Shown piece after piece: positions 8,621 through 17,349 of a stretch of DNA of 35,120 nt; positions within the stretch are counted from its first letter, which is position 1, and each line of letters opens with the position of its first letter. A program made the translations under genes and the position numbers. Location: the IMG/VR virus record IMGVR_UViG_3300037697_000031, positions 1 through 35,120 of that record. The stretch is one strand, 5' to 3'. The DNA is from a virus. Taxonomy: Duplodnaviria; Caudoviricetes. The notes under the pieces were generated by a model, which did no database searches, had not been told where the DNA came from, and saw nothing but the letters and a program-made list of their open reading frames with translations.

Positions 8621-8965
8621 ATGGAAAAGGTCATCAACTTCTCCCCGGAAGGGGTCGTCACGTCCCTGCATCAGGATGCTTTTCCTCTAGGGTTCCTCGG
8701 CCCGCAGAAAATCGCGCGGGCGACCGATATCCGGTTCAACGAGGAGTTCCAAGAGTGGGACATCTACGTCATCCCCGGTCAGGGAGGAGAAGAGTGGACG
8801 GTTCCCGCCCTAAAAGGGTTTGCTGGATACGACGAAGCGCGTCGGTTCGAGGTTAGCTGGATTAACCGCTGTATGTTGATGGATCTGGAGTGGAGGAGAG
8901 AGGACCTTATGCTGCCTATTGGGGTGGCCGGGTCCATGCGGTGGCGCCATGACCGTAGCCTGTGA
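8621..8965 (+). CDS. hypothetical protein resembling the small partner seen in DUF1257/DUF2997/AAA operons
   Basis: SD AAGGAGGT; I.FSPEG.V..L....PL..LG...I.RA..I....W...F..Y.EA..FE..W pattern. Confidence 0.65.
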   Translation: MEKVINFSPEGVVTSLHQDAFPLGFLGPQKIARATDIRFNEEFQEWDIYVIPGQGGEEWTVPALKGFAGYDEARRFEVSWINRCMLMDLEWRREDLMLPIGVAGSMRWRHDRSL

Positions 8966-9326
8966 CCACATTGGCGGGATGTTTGACGGCACGGATGGGG
9001 GAGGGGTGGGTATCCCCCGTCTATTCCGTCTGAGCGAGATACCGGACATCCTAGATGGGCTGGAGGAGTTTTACGACTACAGGTCGGATGTCGATAACGG
9101 TATGTACTCGCGAGACTGCCGTGACCACGACCCGGACGGGGCACAAGCCAGTAAGGATGCGTGGCTGACGATGGAGCTGACCGCACGCCTAAAGAGGCAC
9201 GCAACACTATTCCCATACTGCCCGTTATGCGCAGCACAGCTACTCAAGGAAGTGGAAGTTACCAAGACCCACACCGTACTGCTAGGGGCGCCCGCCGTAG
9301 CAAAGGGGCGCGCTAGTGTCGGATAA
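8949..9326 (+). CDS. hypothetical Cys-containing protein
   Basis: ACDH...FPYCPLC motif; overlaps its neighbours by a few bases. Confidence 0.55.
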   Translation: MTVACDHIGGMFDGTDGGGVGIPRLFRLSEIPDILDGLEEFYDYRSDVDNGMYSRDCRDHDPDGAQASKDAWLTMELTARLKRHATLFPYCPLCAAQLLKEVEVTKTHTVLLGAPAVAKGRASVG

Positions 9327-10563
9327 GGAAGCCATAGGCGAAGGGGACATCAAGCCGGGGCAGGCGCTACGGTACGTCACTGCGATACGGGCGGTGAGTT
9401 GCCATTGGGTATCGTTCCTCGGTGGGGCGGAGATCAAGATACTTCTATTCATAATAGAGCGTACCTTCCGGTGGAGCAAAGACGCCGAACGTATCTCCGC
9501 CAAGCATTTTACTGAGGGCATGAAGCGTAAAGAGGACGGGTACTGTATCCACGAGGGTACCGCTCTGTCGCACAATACGGTACGCGCCGCCCTCCGATCG
9601 CTACAGGAAAAGGGGCTGGTATCCGTATCAGAAGAGCGCGATGTAGCCAACAACTACCAAGCAAACCTGATTGAACTCGATTTCAAAATGCTCGTAGGGA
9701 GGAGTGTAATGTCGAAACTACGCATCCCGAAGGTCAAAAAAACTACTCAAAATGGGCCAGAAACCGGGGGTCAAGAACAGGTGAACCCCTCTTCAGAAAC
9801 TGGTGAACAAAGTATACACAATAAAGTAGACACAAAAAGAAAAAACCAAACCCTATCGGCCGCTGACGCGACCGAGAATGTGGGGCGGAAATCCTTTGAT
9901 ACCGCAGCGGAAGCGATCACTACAAGCAACCTACGGATACGCAGATCACGAGAGGTCAAGGCCGCCAGCGCGGCGGCTGCCCCCGGGGCCCCCAAGCTGA
10001 ACGAGTTCCGCGCACTATGGCAGCAGCACATGCTACAGCACTGGCCTACCGTCCCGGTGGTATCCGCCACGCAAGCGGAGTGGGGCATGTTCAAGAAGGC
10101 GCTTGCCTCGGTCGAGAATACGGTACCGCTCTCCGAGCTGGTCGAGTACGCCATCGCCGGGTGGTCAAGCATCATCAACATCGATCTTCACTGGATGAAG
10201 GATGTCAAGAACAAGACGGTCGGGCTGGCCCCCGACATGGTGTTCTTTATCCGCCACGTGAAGCACTTTATGAAATCGATTGCAAAGCATAAAGCCACAG
10301 ATGATAGCAACCTGAAGCGGGTACAGGTTTCCCCTGAAAAGAAACAAGAGAACGAGAACGCAGAATTGCGTCGGCAGCTTGCCAAGGTCACCGCAGAGAA
10401 CCGCAGACTGGCCGAGAAGGCCAGAAGTGACGAGCGTATCATGCAGGAAATGGATCGCAAGAAAGATGCGCGGCCCGCCAGTATTCGACAACCGCTTACC
10501 CGGGCCCAGCTACGCCCCGTCGAGGATGACGACAACTTGCCAAGGAACTGGAATGGTCAATGA
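9316..10563 (+). CDS. replication initiator-like protein (N-terminal winged HTH, lambda O-like)
   Basis: LFIIERTFRWSKDAERIS..F..G...GTALSHNTVRAALRSL..KGLV; upstream of the DnaC-like and DnaB genes. Confidence 0.7.
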   Translation: MSDKEAIGEGDIKPGQALRYVTAIRAVSCHWVSFLGGAEIKILLFIIERTFRWSKDAERISAKHFTEGMKRKEDGYCIHEGTALSHNTVRAALRSLQEKGLVSVSEERDVANNYQANLIELDFKMLVGRSVMSKLRIPKVKKTTQNGPETGGQEQVNPSSETGEQSIHNKVDTKRKNQTLSAADATENVGRKSFDTAAEAITTSNLRIRRSREVKAASAAAAPGAPKLNEFRALWQQHMLQHWPTVPVVSATQAEWGMFKKALASVENTVPLSELVEYAIAGWSSIINIDLHWMKDVKNKTVGLAPDMVFFIRHVKHFMKSIAKHKATDDSNLKRVQVSPEKKQENENAELRRQLAKVTAENRRLAEKARSDERIMQEMDRKKDARPASIRQPLTRAQLRPVEDDDNLPRNWNGQ

Positions 10564-11152
10564 GATTCCCCCCGATGGCGCCGCCCCGGAGCCCACTCCC
10601 GTGGCCCGGGCCGCCAACGATAAGAGCATCCTTGCCGGACTCAAGCAGTCCGGTATTCCCGAGTTCGTCTATGCCACGACTTTGGTGAAAGAAGGCCGGG
10701 CGGATATCCGAGAGATCATCTCTACCAAAGGATACCAGCACAACGGACAACTGTACGGCTTCTACGTATTCACGCAACGCAATTCCTCCGTTACCAAGGC
10801 CCGGCGGGTGTTCTATCTCATTGCCAAGGAGATGTTCCTGTCCGGTGTGACGGTATACTGCATATCCATGCCTAATCTGGTTGCGGCGCTCAACGCAAGT
10901 GATTACTCTGTTGCGGCCAATGCGATCGACAATGTCCAGATGGTGTTCGTAACGGACTTCTTCGAGGACGAGGCGATCTGCCCCTTGACGCCGACCGACG
11001 CGGGAAGAGTGCGTTCATGGGTACGAGACAAGTTCGAGCTAGGAGGCGCGGTATCCCTACTCAGTGACGCCTCTCTGGAGCGTTGCGGGGCGTGGTGGTC
11101 CAATGCCTTCCTTCGCTTCTTGTCAGAGCACACAAGCAGCAACCAGCTTTAG
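10553..11152 (+). CDS. degenerate DnaC/IstB-like helicase loader
   Basis: L..SGIP N-terminus, IAKE...GVTVYCIS..LV, NVQMVFVTD (Walker B-like); no canonical Walker A; lies between initiator and DnaB. Confidence 0.55.
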   Translation: MVNEIPPDGAAPEPTPVARAANDKSILAGLKQSGIPEFVYATTLVKEGRADIREIISTKGYQHNGQLYGFYVFTQRNSSVTKARRVFYLIAKEMFLSGVTVYCISMPNLVAALNASDYSVAANAIDNVQMVFVTDFFEDEAICPLTPTDAGRVRSWVRDKFELGGAVSLLSDASLERCGAWWSNAFLRFLSEHTSSNQL

Positions 11153-11169
11153 CCTACGGGAACAACAAT

Positions 11170-12420
11170 ATGAGTGATGGACTAAGTCTCCTGACGTCAA
11201 TGCTGGAGACAGGGAGCGTCCAGAAGTTACGTGAAATCACCAACGATCTATTTATCGACGACGAGCTGGAGGTTTATAACCACATTATCCGGCACTTCCG
11301 CAGGTACCATCGGCTTCCCGCCATCGCTACCGTAGAGGAAGAACTGGGCCGCCGCCTTCCGGATGCCGTCGAGAATACTGACTACTACCACAGACGGGTT
11401 GTTGATAGGAAGCTGTACGGGCACGTACGGGATTCGTTTGACCTGTTGCGGGACTCCCTGCGCAACAACAACATGGACAGCGCGCGGCAGGCCATTGCGT
11501 CCATGCACACGGCGTCGCGTACGGTTACGCACGACCATCGTGTTGTCAACTTGCGCGTGGCCAGCAGCCAAATGCTGGAGGCGTACGACGAGGCACACCG
11601 CACCCCGGGGATGACCGGCATTCCATCAGGCTGGGCCGGCTTTGATGAACAGACGGGCGGCTACCAGAATGGTGACCTTGTCTCATGGGTCGCACGGCTC
11701 GGGGTTGGTAAAACGAACGTCATCCTGAAGCAGGCGGATTACGCATGGGACCAAGGACATAGCGTCTTGGTGGTCACCACGGAAATGCCGACCATGCAGA
11801 TGGCCCGCCGCCTGATGGGTGTGCGTACCGGGATCAACCCTGACCTGATCCGGAAGGGGATGCTCTCTACCTACGCCCGCCGCAGGCTGGGGCGGATCGT
11901 CGATAATCTATTTAACAGCGAACGCTTCAACTTCTACGCTGCGGGGATGAACGAACCGGTTACGGACATCATGGCGCTTGTCGATGAGTTCAGCCCGGAC
12001 ATCGTATATATTGACGGGGCGTACCTGCTCCGCCCGGACTCGGGGAAACGCTACCTTAGCAAGCAGGAGCGAGTACCTGAAGTCTTCGACGCCTTGCGCT
12101 CCATGGCCCTCGACTGCGAGCGACCGTTTGTCACCACTACACAGTTCTCCCGGATGTCCGGTAAGCGAGGAAAGGAAGGGTCGATCGAGACGGTGGCCTT
12201 CAGTGACGCCATCGCACAGAACTCCTCGATTGTCGTCGGCATCAAAGAAGGTAAGCCCCCATTTCAGCACACCCGGCGTGTGTTCGAGTTCCTGAAAGGC
12301 CGGGAGGGCGAAACCGGAGAGGTGACGATCAATTACCAATTCACTCCGGTTAACCTATCGGAAGCCGATCCGGAAGAGCTACAGGCCGAAGAAGTATCTT
12401 TGGACTGGATGGCCTCCTAG
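11170..12420 (+). CDS. dnaB: DnaB-like replicative helicase
   Basis: GIPSGW..FD..TGG, Walker A ARLGVGKT, TTEM, IVYIDGAYLL, TTQFSR, KGREG. Confidence 0.92.
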   Translation: MSDGLSLLTSMLETGSVQKLREITNDLFIDDELEVYNHIIRHFRRYHRLPAIATVEEELGRRLPDAVENTDYYHRRVVDRKLYGHVRDSFDLLRDSLRNNNMDSARQAIASMHTASRTVTHDHRVVNLRVASSQMLEAYDEAHRTPGMTGIPSGWAGFDEQTGGYQNGDLVSWVARLGVGKTNVILKQADYAWDQGHSVLVVTTEMPTMQMARRLMGVRTGINPDLIRKGMLSTYARRRLGRIVDNLFNSERFNFYAAGMNEPVTDIMALVDEFSPDIVYIDGAYLLRPDSGKRYLSKQERVPEVFDALRSMALDCERPFVTTTQFSRMSGKRGKEGSIETVAFSDAIAQNSSIVVGIKEGKPPFQHTRRVFEFLKGREGETGEVTINYQFTPVNLSEADPEELQAEEVSLDWMAS

Positions 12421-12458
12421 GGCGCCATAATGAAATCGATTTCAGATTTGAGGAACAC

Positions 12459-15400
12459 ATGGATTACTCGAAATGTGAAGGCTGCCCGCTTGACGGCACC
12501 GTAGAGCCCATGGGGGCGGTCGGGAAGGCAGACGCCCCCTACCTTTTCGTAACCGATATCCCCTCGGAGAGAAGTGCCGCCGAGGGCAAACTGCTGTCCT
12601 CACAAGCCGTGGAGCTTATCTCTGGCAACATGCAAAGGCTGGGGTTCTCCAAACGTGACTTCGTTTTTCATCCACACATCAAGTGCGCCCACGAACCTAC
12701 CGAATTCACTACCAAGGAACGGCGGGCCATTGCGTCTCACTGCAAGGCGCACCTAGAGGATCATATCAAGCGCCAGAGGCCCGAAGTTATCATGCCGCTC
12801 GGGGCAGGCCCCGCCTCGGCAGTGATCGGCCGCGCGGTCAAGATCATGAAGATCCGAGGGGTGCCTGCCCGCAGCAGCGAGCATGGCGCCATGATCCTGC
12901 CCATGCTCGGGCCGGGGTTTGTCCTGTTCTACCCGCAAAACCAGCCCTCCTTTGCAGCAGACTGCAACACGTTCGCCCGTCTGGTGGATCACGATCTGGA
13001 TATCGACAAGGCCGGGCAGGAGGTTGTCGGAGACTACGAGTACATTGATGACCTGCAGTTCCTGATTGACGCAGACCCCGAGACGGTCGCGTATGACACG
13101 GAGACCACCTCTCTATCGTGGTTCAAGACCGGGCCGGACGTACGCACCTACGACCCCGAGACCAGCCCTCCCGACTTCAGCCCCCGGGCCCAGATCCTGA
13201 CGATGCAATTCACGATCGAGCCGGGCAAGGGGTACATGCTGCCATGGGATCACCCCGACGCTCCGCAAAGCCAGCGGGCCAAAGCAAGGCTGAAGAAGCA
13301 GTTGCAGCAGTTGCTGTGCAAGCGCGGGCGGGTGGTCATAGGCCAGAATACCAAATACGACTGCGTGATGACCGCCGCGCTGACCGGTGTCCGCTTCAAG
13401 ATCGGCGGCGACACCATGATGCTCGCCACCTTGCTGGACGAAAACTCTGTCAAGAACCTAGATGACCTGACCAAGCGGTACGTCCCGGACATGGCAGGAT
13501 ACGCGGATCGGTTCAACTTGACCGTGGATAAGAGCCGTATGTGGACGGTCCCGCTGGCGGGGGACTTTCTAGACTACGGATGCGGCGATACGGACAGTAC
13601 GATACGCCTGCACGACCACCTCTACCGTGAAGTAGCCAAAGACAAGCGGATACTCGCCCACTACAACATGGTGAGCCTGCCCGGGCTCAACGCCTTCGCG
13701 TCGATCGAGATGCGCGGTCTGCCGGTCAATGAAGATGAAGTGGATTCCTTTGAGGAGTTCATGGAGGAGTCGGTCGGGCGGCAGAAACAGGCACTGCTAC
13801 GGCAGGTACCCAAGTCCATCAAGCGCAAGCATATCGACAAAGGGCTTAAGTTCTCTCGTCCCGAATTCACTCTGGATGTCCTGTTCCGGCACCCGGACGG
13901 GTTCCGTCTGAAGCCAAAGGTCTTCACCAAAGGCACGACCAAGCTGAAGGACGAGTCTAGGAAGATACCCTCTACTTCGTCCAAGGATCATCTGCCGTAC
14001 TTCTACGACGAATGCCCTTTCGCGATGGAGCTGGCACAGTACATCAAGGACGACCGGTTGCTGGGCACCAACATCAAGGGGTTCAAGAAAAAGTACATCA
14101 TCGACGGGGTCGTGCGCCCGACCTACAGCTTGGCAAAAGCGGTGACCGGCCGCTCGGCCTCGGAGAATCCGAATGGGCAAAACTTCCCGAAACGTGGGGA
14201 GAACGCTACCCGCTACCGCAGACTGTTTGTTCCGCCACCGGGGCACTATATTCTGGAGGCGGACTTGTCGCAGGCAGAGCTGCGGATCTCCGCCGACATG
14301 GCATGCGACCACACTATGCTGGAAATCTACCGGAACTTTGGGGACATCCACACGCGCACCGCGCTGATCGTAATGGGGATCACGCAGACGCAGTTCGACC
14401 GACTGGATAAAGGCGAGCAGAAGCTGGCGCGGTTCCGGGCCAAGGCTGTGAACTTTGGCTTTATCTACGGCATGGGTTGGCGGAAGTTTATCGGCTACGC
14501 CAAGACTCAGTACGGCGTGGAATTTACCGAGAAGGAAGCGCAACGAATCCGGGCAGGATTCTTTAATACCTACTCCGCCCTCCCCGACTGGCACAGAGCC
14601 ATGCGGGAGTACGCACGGCAGCACAAGATGGTACGGTCCTACTCCGGGCGGATCAGGCATCTGCCCACCATCGGTTCGTCAGAGGAGTTCATCCAGCAGG
14701 AAGCGGAGCGGCAAGCCATCAACTGCGTCAGTGACGATACCGAAATACTCACGCTAGAAGGGTGGAAGACAGTAGATGAATTGCGCGTCGGCGAGTCAGT
14801 GTATTCGGTAAACCCGCAATCCGGAAGAACGGAAAAGGACACGATATCTGCAATACACATCGGGAGTGTCTCTGGAGAGATGCTGTCTATCGAGGGCAAT
14901 TCGATCAGCGTCGTGGCTACGCCAAACCACCGATGGTTAATCGACTTCAAGACGGCGGGCAACCGGGTGGAGACCAGATTCAAAACCTCTAGCGAGCTAC
15001 GCTACACCGGCAGCGACCGCATCTGGTTGACCGGGGTGGCTTTGGCAGATACCGCTACGTCGTGGAGTGATGACGGTGTGCGGCTGTTGGGGTGGGTGCT
15101 TACCGATGGGCACTACAAGCGACAATTCAGCCCGAAGACGGGCGTGGAGTGGGGTACCGGTAGGGTAGGGGTTACGCAATCGAAGTTGCAGAATGTTATG
15201 GAAATTGATGGCCTGTTCTCCCGCCTCGGGGCGCACTACTCGACGATGCGCGCTACAGGCCAGTACGTCTGGGAGATAACGTGCGAGGAGGGGCAGCGGA
15301 TTCGGGACGAAATGCCAGACAAGACATTAACGGGAGAGGTACTGTCCGCTATGTCTTCGCAGCAGCACCGCTTGCTGTTCGACACAATGCTTAAAGGCGA

Positions 15401-16175
15401 TGGTTGCTGGGACGAACAGGCGGGACGTTACCGGAAGTTTTGTGCAGGTAGCAGAGAACGTGCGGATGCGTTTTTGCAACTATGCGTACTCGTCGGGCAA
15501 CCGGCGCGCGCCGTGTATAGAGACACCTCTGACTATAGCCCTAGACAATACGCCTCTATGGGTAACATTCCTCAGACTACCGGGCATTGGTTGGTGGAGC
15601 TGTGCCAGCGCGACCGTGCGCAGCCTCAATACGGTGCAGAATGGGTTGAGTGGGAGGGGAGGGTTTGGTGCCCGACGACGCGTAATGCTACGTGGATTGC
15701 TAAGCGCAACGGTAAGGTCTTCGTTACCGGGAACAGCCCTGTGCAGGAATTCGCATCTTCGCTAGGGGTCATGGCGACCGGCCGCATGGATGACCAGATC
15801 GACGATCGTTACTTGGCGGCGGTGGCCTTTGTCCATGACGCGATCTATTGCTATGTGCCTTACGAATACCTTCTATGGGGCGCCCGCACCCTGAAATGGT
15901 ACATGGAGTCCAATCGTATCGAGGAATGGTTCGGGATCAAGATGAGGGTACCGATCGTGGCGGATGTAGGGTTCGGTCTCAACATGGGCGACACCTACGA
16001 GATGAAAGGACTGGGGTTCAAGGGCGGCTATGACTTCAGCCAGTTCGCGTACGACGAGCGAGACCCGGACCAAGTGAAGGCAGCGGGCGGCCTGCCTTCG
16101 ATTATAGTTCCCCCACAGCGCACTCCGCCGAACAACGGTAAGCGGGCGGTACCGCTCTACAGCTACGTGGATTGA
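12459..16175 (+). CDS. polA: family A DNA polymerase with N-terminal UDG-like domain, 3'-5' exonuclease and an intein
   Basis: CEGCPL Fe-S/UDG4-like N-terminus; exoI YDTET; motif A EADLSQAELR; motif B RAKAVNFGFIYG; QAIN|SPVQ split by the intein; motif C FVHDA. Confidence 0.95.
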   Translation: MDYSKCEGCPLDGTVEPMGAVGKADAPYLFVTDIPSERSAAEGKLLSSQAVELISGNMQRLGFSKRDFVFHPHIKCAHEPTEFTTKERRAIASHCKAHLEDHIKRQRPEVIMPLGAGPASAVIGRAVKIMKIRGVPARSSEHGAMILPMLGPGFVLFYPQNQPSFAADCNTFARLVDHDLDIDKAGQEVVGDYEYIDDLQFLIDADPETVAYDTETTSLSWFKTGPDVRTYDPETSPPDFSPRAQILTMQFTIEPGKGYMLPWDHPDAPQSQRAKARLKKQLQQLLCKRGRVVIGQNTKYDCVMTAALTGVRFKIGGDTMMLATLLDENSVKNLDDLTKRYVPDMAGYADRFNLTVDKSRMWTVPLAGDFLDYGCGDTDSTIRLHDHLYREVAKDKRILAHYNMVSLPGLNAFASIEMRGLPVNEDEVDSFEEFMEESVGRQKQALLRQVPKSIKRKHIDKGLKFSRPEFTLDVLFRHPDGFRLKPKVFTKGTTKLKDESRKIPSTSSKDHLPYFYDECPFAMELAQYIKDDRLLGTNIKGFKKKYIIDGVVRPTYSLAKAVTGRSASENPNGQNFPKRGENATRYRRLFVPPPGHYILEADLSQAELRISADMACDHTMLEIYRNFGDIHTRTALIVMGITQTQFDRLDKGEQKLARFRAKAVNFGFIYGMGWRKFIGYAKTQYGVEFTEKEAQRIRAGFFNTYSALPDWHRAMREYARQHKMVRSYSGRIRHLPTIGSSEEFIQQEAERQAINCVSDDTEILTLEGWKTVDELRVGESVYSVNPQSGRTEKDTISAIHIGSVSGEMLSIEGNSISVVATPNHRWLIDFKTAGNRVETRFKTSSELRYTGSDRIWLTGVALADTATSWSDDGVRLLGWVLTDGHYKRQFSPKTGVEWGTGRVGVTQSKLQNVMEIDGLFSRLGAHYSTMRATGQYVWEITCEEGQRIRDEMPDKTLTGEVLSAMSSQQHRLLFDTMLKGDGCWDEQAGRYRKFCAGSRERADAFLQLCVLVGQPARAVYRDTSDYSPRQYASMGNIPQTTGHWLVELCQRDRAQPQYGAEWVEWEGRVWCPTTRNATWIAKRNGKVFVTGNSPVQEFASSLGVMATGRMDDQIDDRYLAAVAFVHDAIYCYVPYEYLLWGARTLKWYMESNRIEEWFGIKMRVPIVADVGFGLNMGDTYEMKGLGFKGGYDFSQFAYDERDPDQVKAAGGLPSIIVPPQRTPPNNGKRAVPLYSYVD
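14724..15734 (+). mobile_element. intein in PolA (337 aa) with LAGLIDADG-type endonuclease
   Basis: Starts CVSDDTEILT, block B ATPNHRW, LLGWVLTDG and MLKGDG motifs, ends FVTGN followed by +1 Ser. Confidence 0.92.
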
Positions 16176-16239
16176 AACTGAAGATCGCGTCGAGGAACTG
16201 AGGGCCTATACTTTGGAAAGGTCCTTCAAGGAGAACGTT

Positions 16240-16662
16240 ATGGAAAGAAGAATTCGTCGCGTCCGTCTGCCCGCAGAACGCATCGTCATGCCGGCCGCCG
16301 AGAAGGTCAAGATGGAGCTGCTTTTGAAATCGATTGCAGAAATCGAACACGAGACCGAGGTCCTGACCGCAGAGCGCACCGAGAAGGTAGCCAAGCTGCT
16401 CAAGCTCATGCAGGTGTATAAGCGGACCACGGTCGAGATCGAGGAAGCTATCGCGGAGCGCATCACGCCGATGGGGCGTAGCTCTTCGCGTATCGACCCG
16501 GTCGGGTTCCATGATCTGGTGGCAGAGGAGGATTTCTTTGCGTGCATCGATGTCGTCAAAGGCCGGGCGGAAAAGGTCCTGAGCGGCAAGGAGCTGGACT
16601 CCATCACCGAAACCACACCCGGCAAGAAGGGTGAGGAAGTTCTGAAAATCAAGAGGCGATAG
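16240..16662 (+). CDS. conserved phage hypothetical protein (N-terminal MERRIRRVR)
   Basis: SD AAGGAG; N-terminal coiled-coil-like region. Confidence 0.75.
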   Translation: MERRIRRVRLPAERIVMPAAEKVKMELLLKSIAEIEHETEVLTAERTEKVAKLLKLMQVYKRTTVEIEEAIAERITPMGRSSSRIDPVGFHDLVAEEDFFACIDVVKGRAEKVLSGKELDSITETTPGKKGEEVLKIKRR

Positions 16663-16664
16663 CC

Positions 16665-16778
16665 ATGGACCGGGCGGGTATCAAGAGCTTATGGCGGGAG
16701 GTCTTTGGACCTAACGTCGTAATGGTGGATCAGGATGCATGGGTGTCCGTACATTGCCCCTTTGCCCTTAACCCATAG
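16665..16778 (+). pseudogene. truncated duplicate of the primase N-terminus (MDRAGIKSLWREVFGPNVVMVDQDAWVSVHCPFALNP*)
   Basis: Aligns without gaps to the first 34 aa of the primase at 17342 (MDRQGIKNLIRTVAGPNIPFADHDQWVGFPCVFA). Confidence 0.8.
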
Positions 16779-16812
16779 TGTGCTACATTGCCGTTTTGGT
16801 CAGGAGCACGTT

Positions 16813-17349
16813 ATGCCTAAGAAGACCCACGGACTATCCAGAGAAGCGTCAGGGGGCAAGTCGTATGTGTACGGGGCGTGGGCTGCTATGAAGCAGCGGT
16901 GCCTTAACCCAAAAAACCCGGGGTACAGGAACTATGGCGGGCGAGGCATCGTAGTATGTGACAGATGGCTTACTTTTGAAAACTTTTATGAGGATATGGG
17001 TGACCGCCCCTCACCGCTACACTCGCTAGATCGAAAGGATAACGGCAAAGGGTACTATAGATCCAACTGCAGATGGGCTACTAAGCAGGAGCAGTCCCTT
17101 AACCAACGGGACCGCATGCGCGTCTGCAGAAAGACCGACGCCCTTCTTCTCAGTCTCGCCCCCGAGCTGCACTCTATGGGGTTTTCTATGCGCAACATAG
17201 CCGCCCTATTCTCCGTAGGCAAGACCACGATTGAGAAGGTCCTACGAGGAGATTACTCGGTGGCTACAGTCGCTGACGGCAAGGTGTACGTGGAGGAGCA
17301 GCGGGCTACCAACCATCCTCCACGGATAAGGAGAATACGACGTGGATAG
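16813..17349 (+). mobile_element. free-standing HNH homing endonuclease
   Basis: W..MKQRC.NP....Y..YGGRGI.VC.RW..F..F..DMG.RP....SLDR.DN...Y...NCRWAT signature; SD CAGGAG. Confidence 0.9.

Noticed and set aside
16665-17349. Group I intron carrying the HNH within primase
   Set aside because: There is no room for a ribozyme core around the ORF, and the downstream gene has its own complete N-terminus, so splicing is unnecessary.
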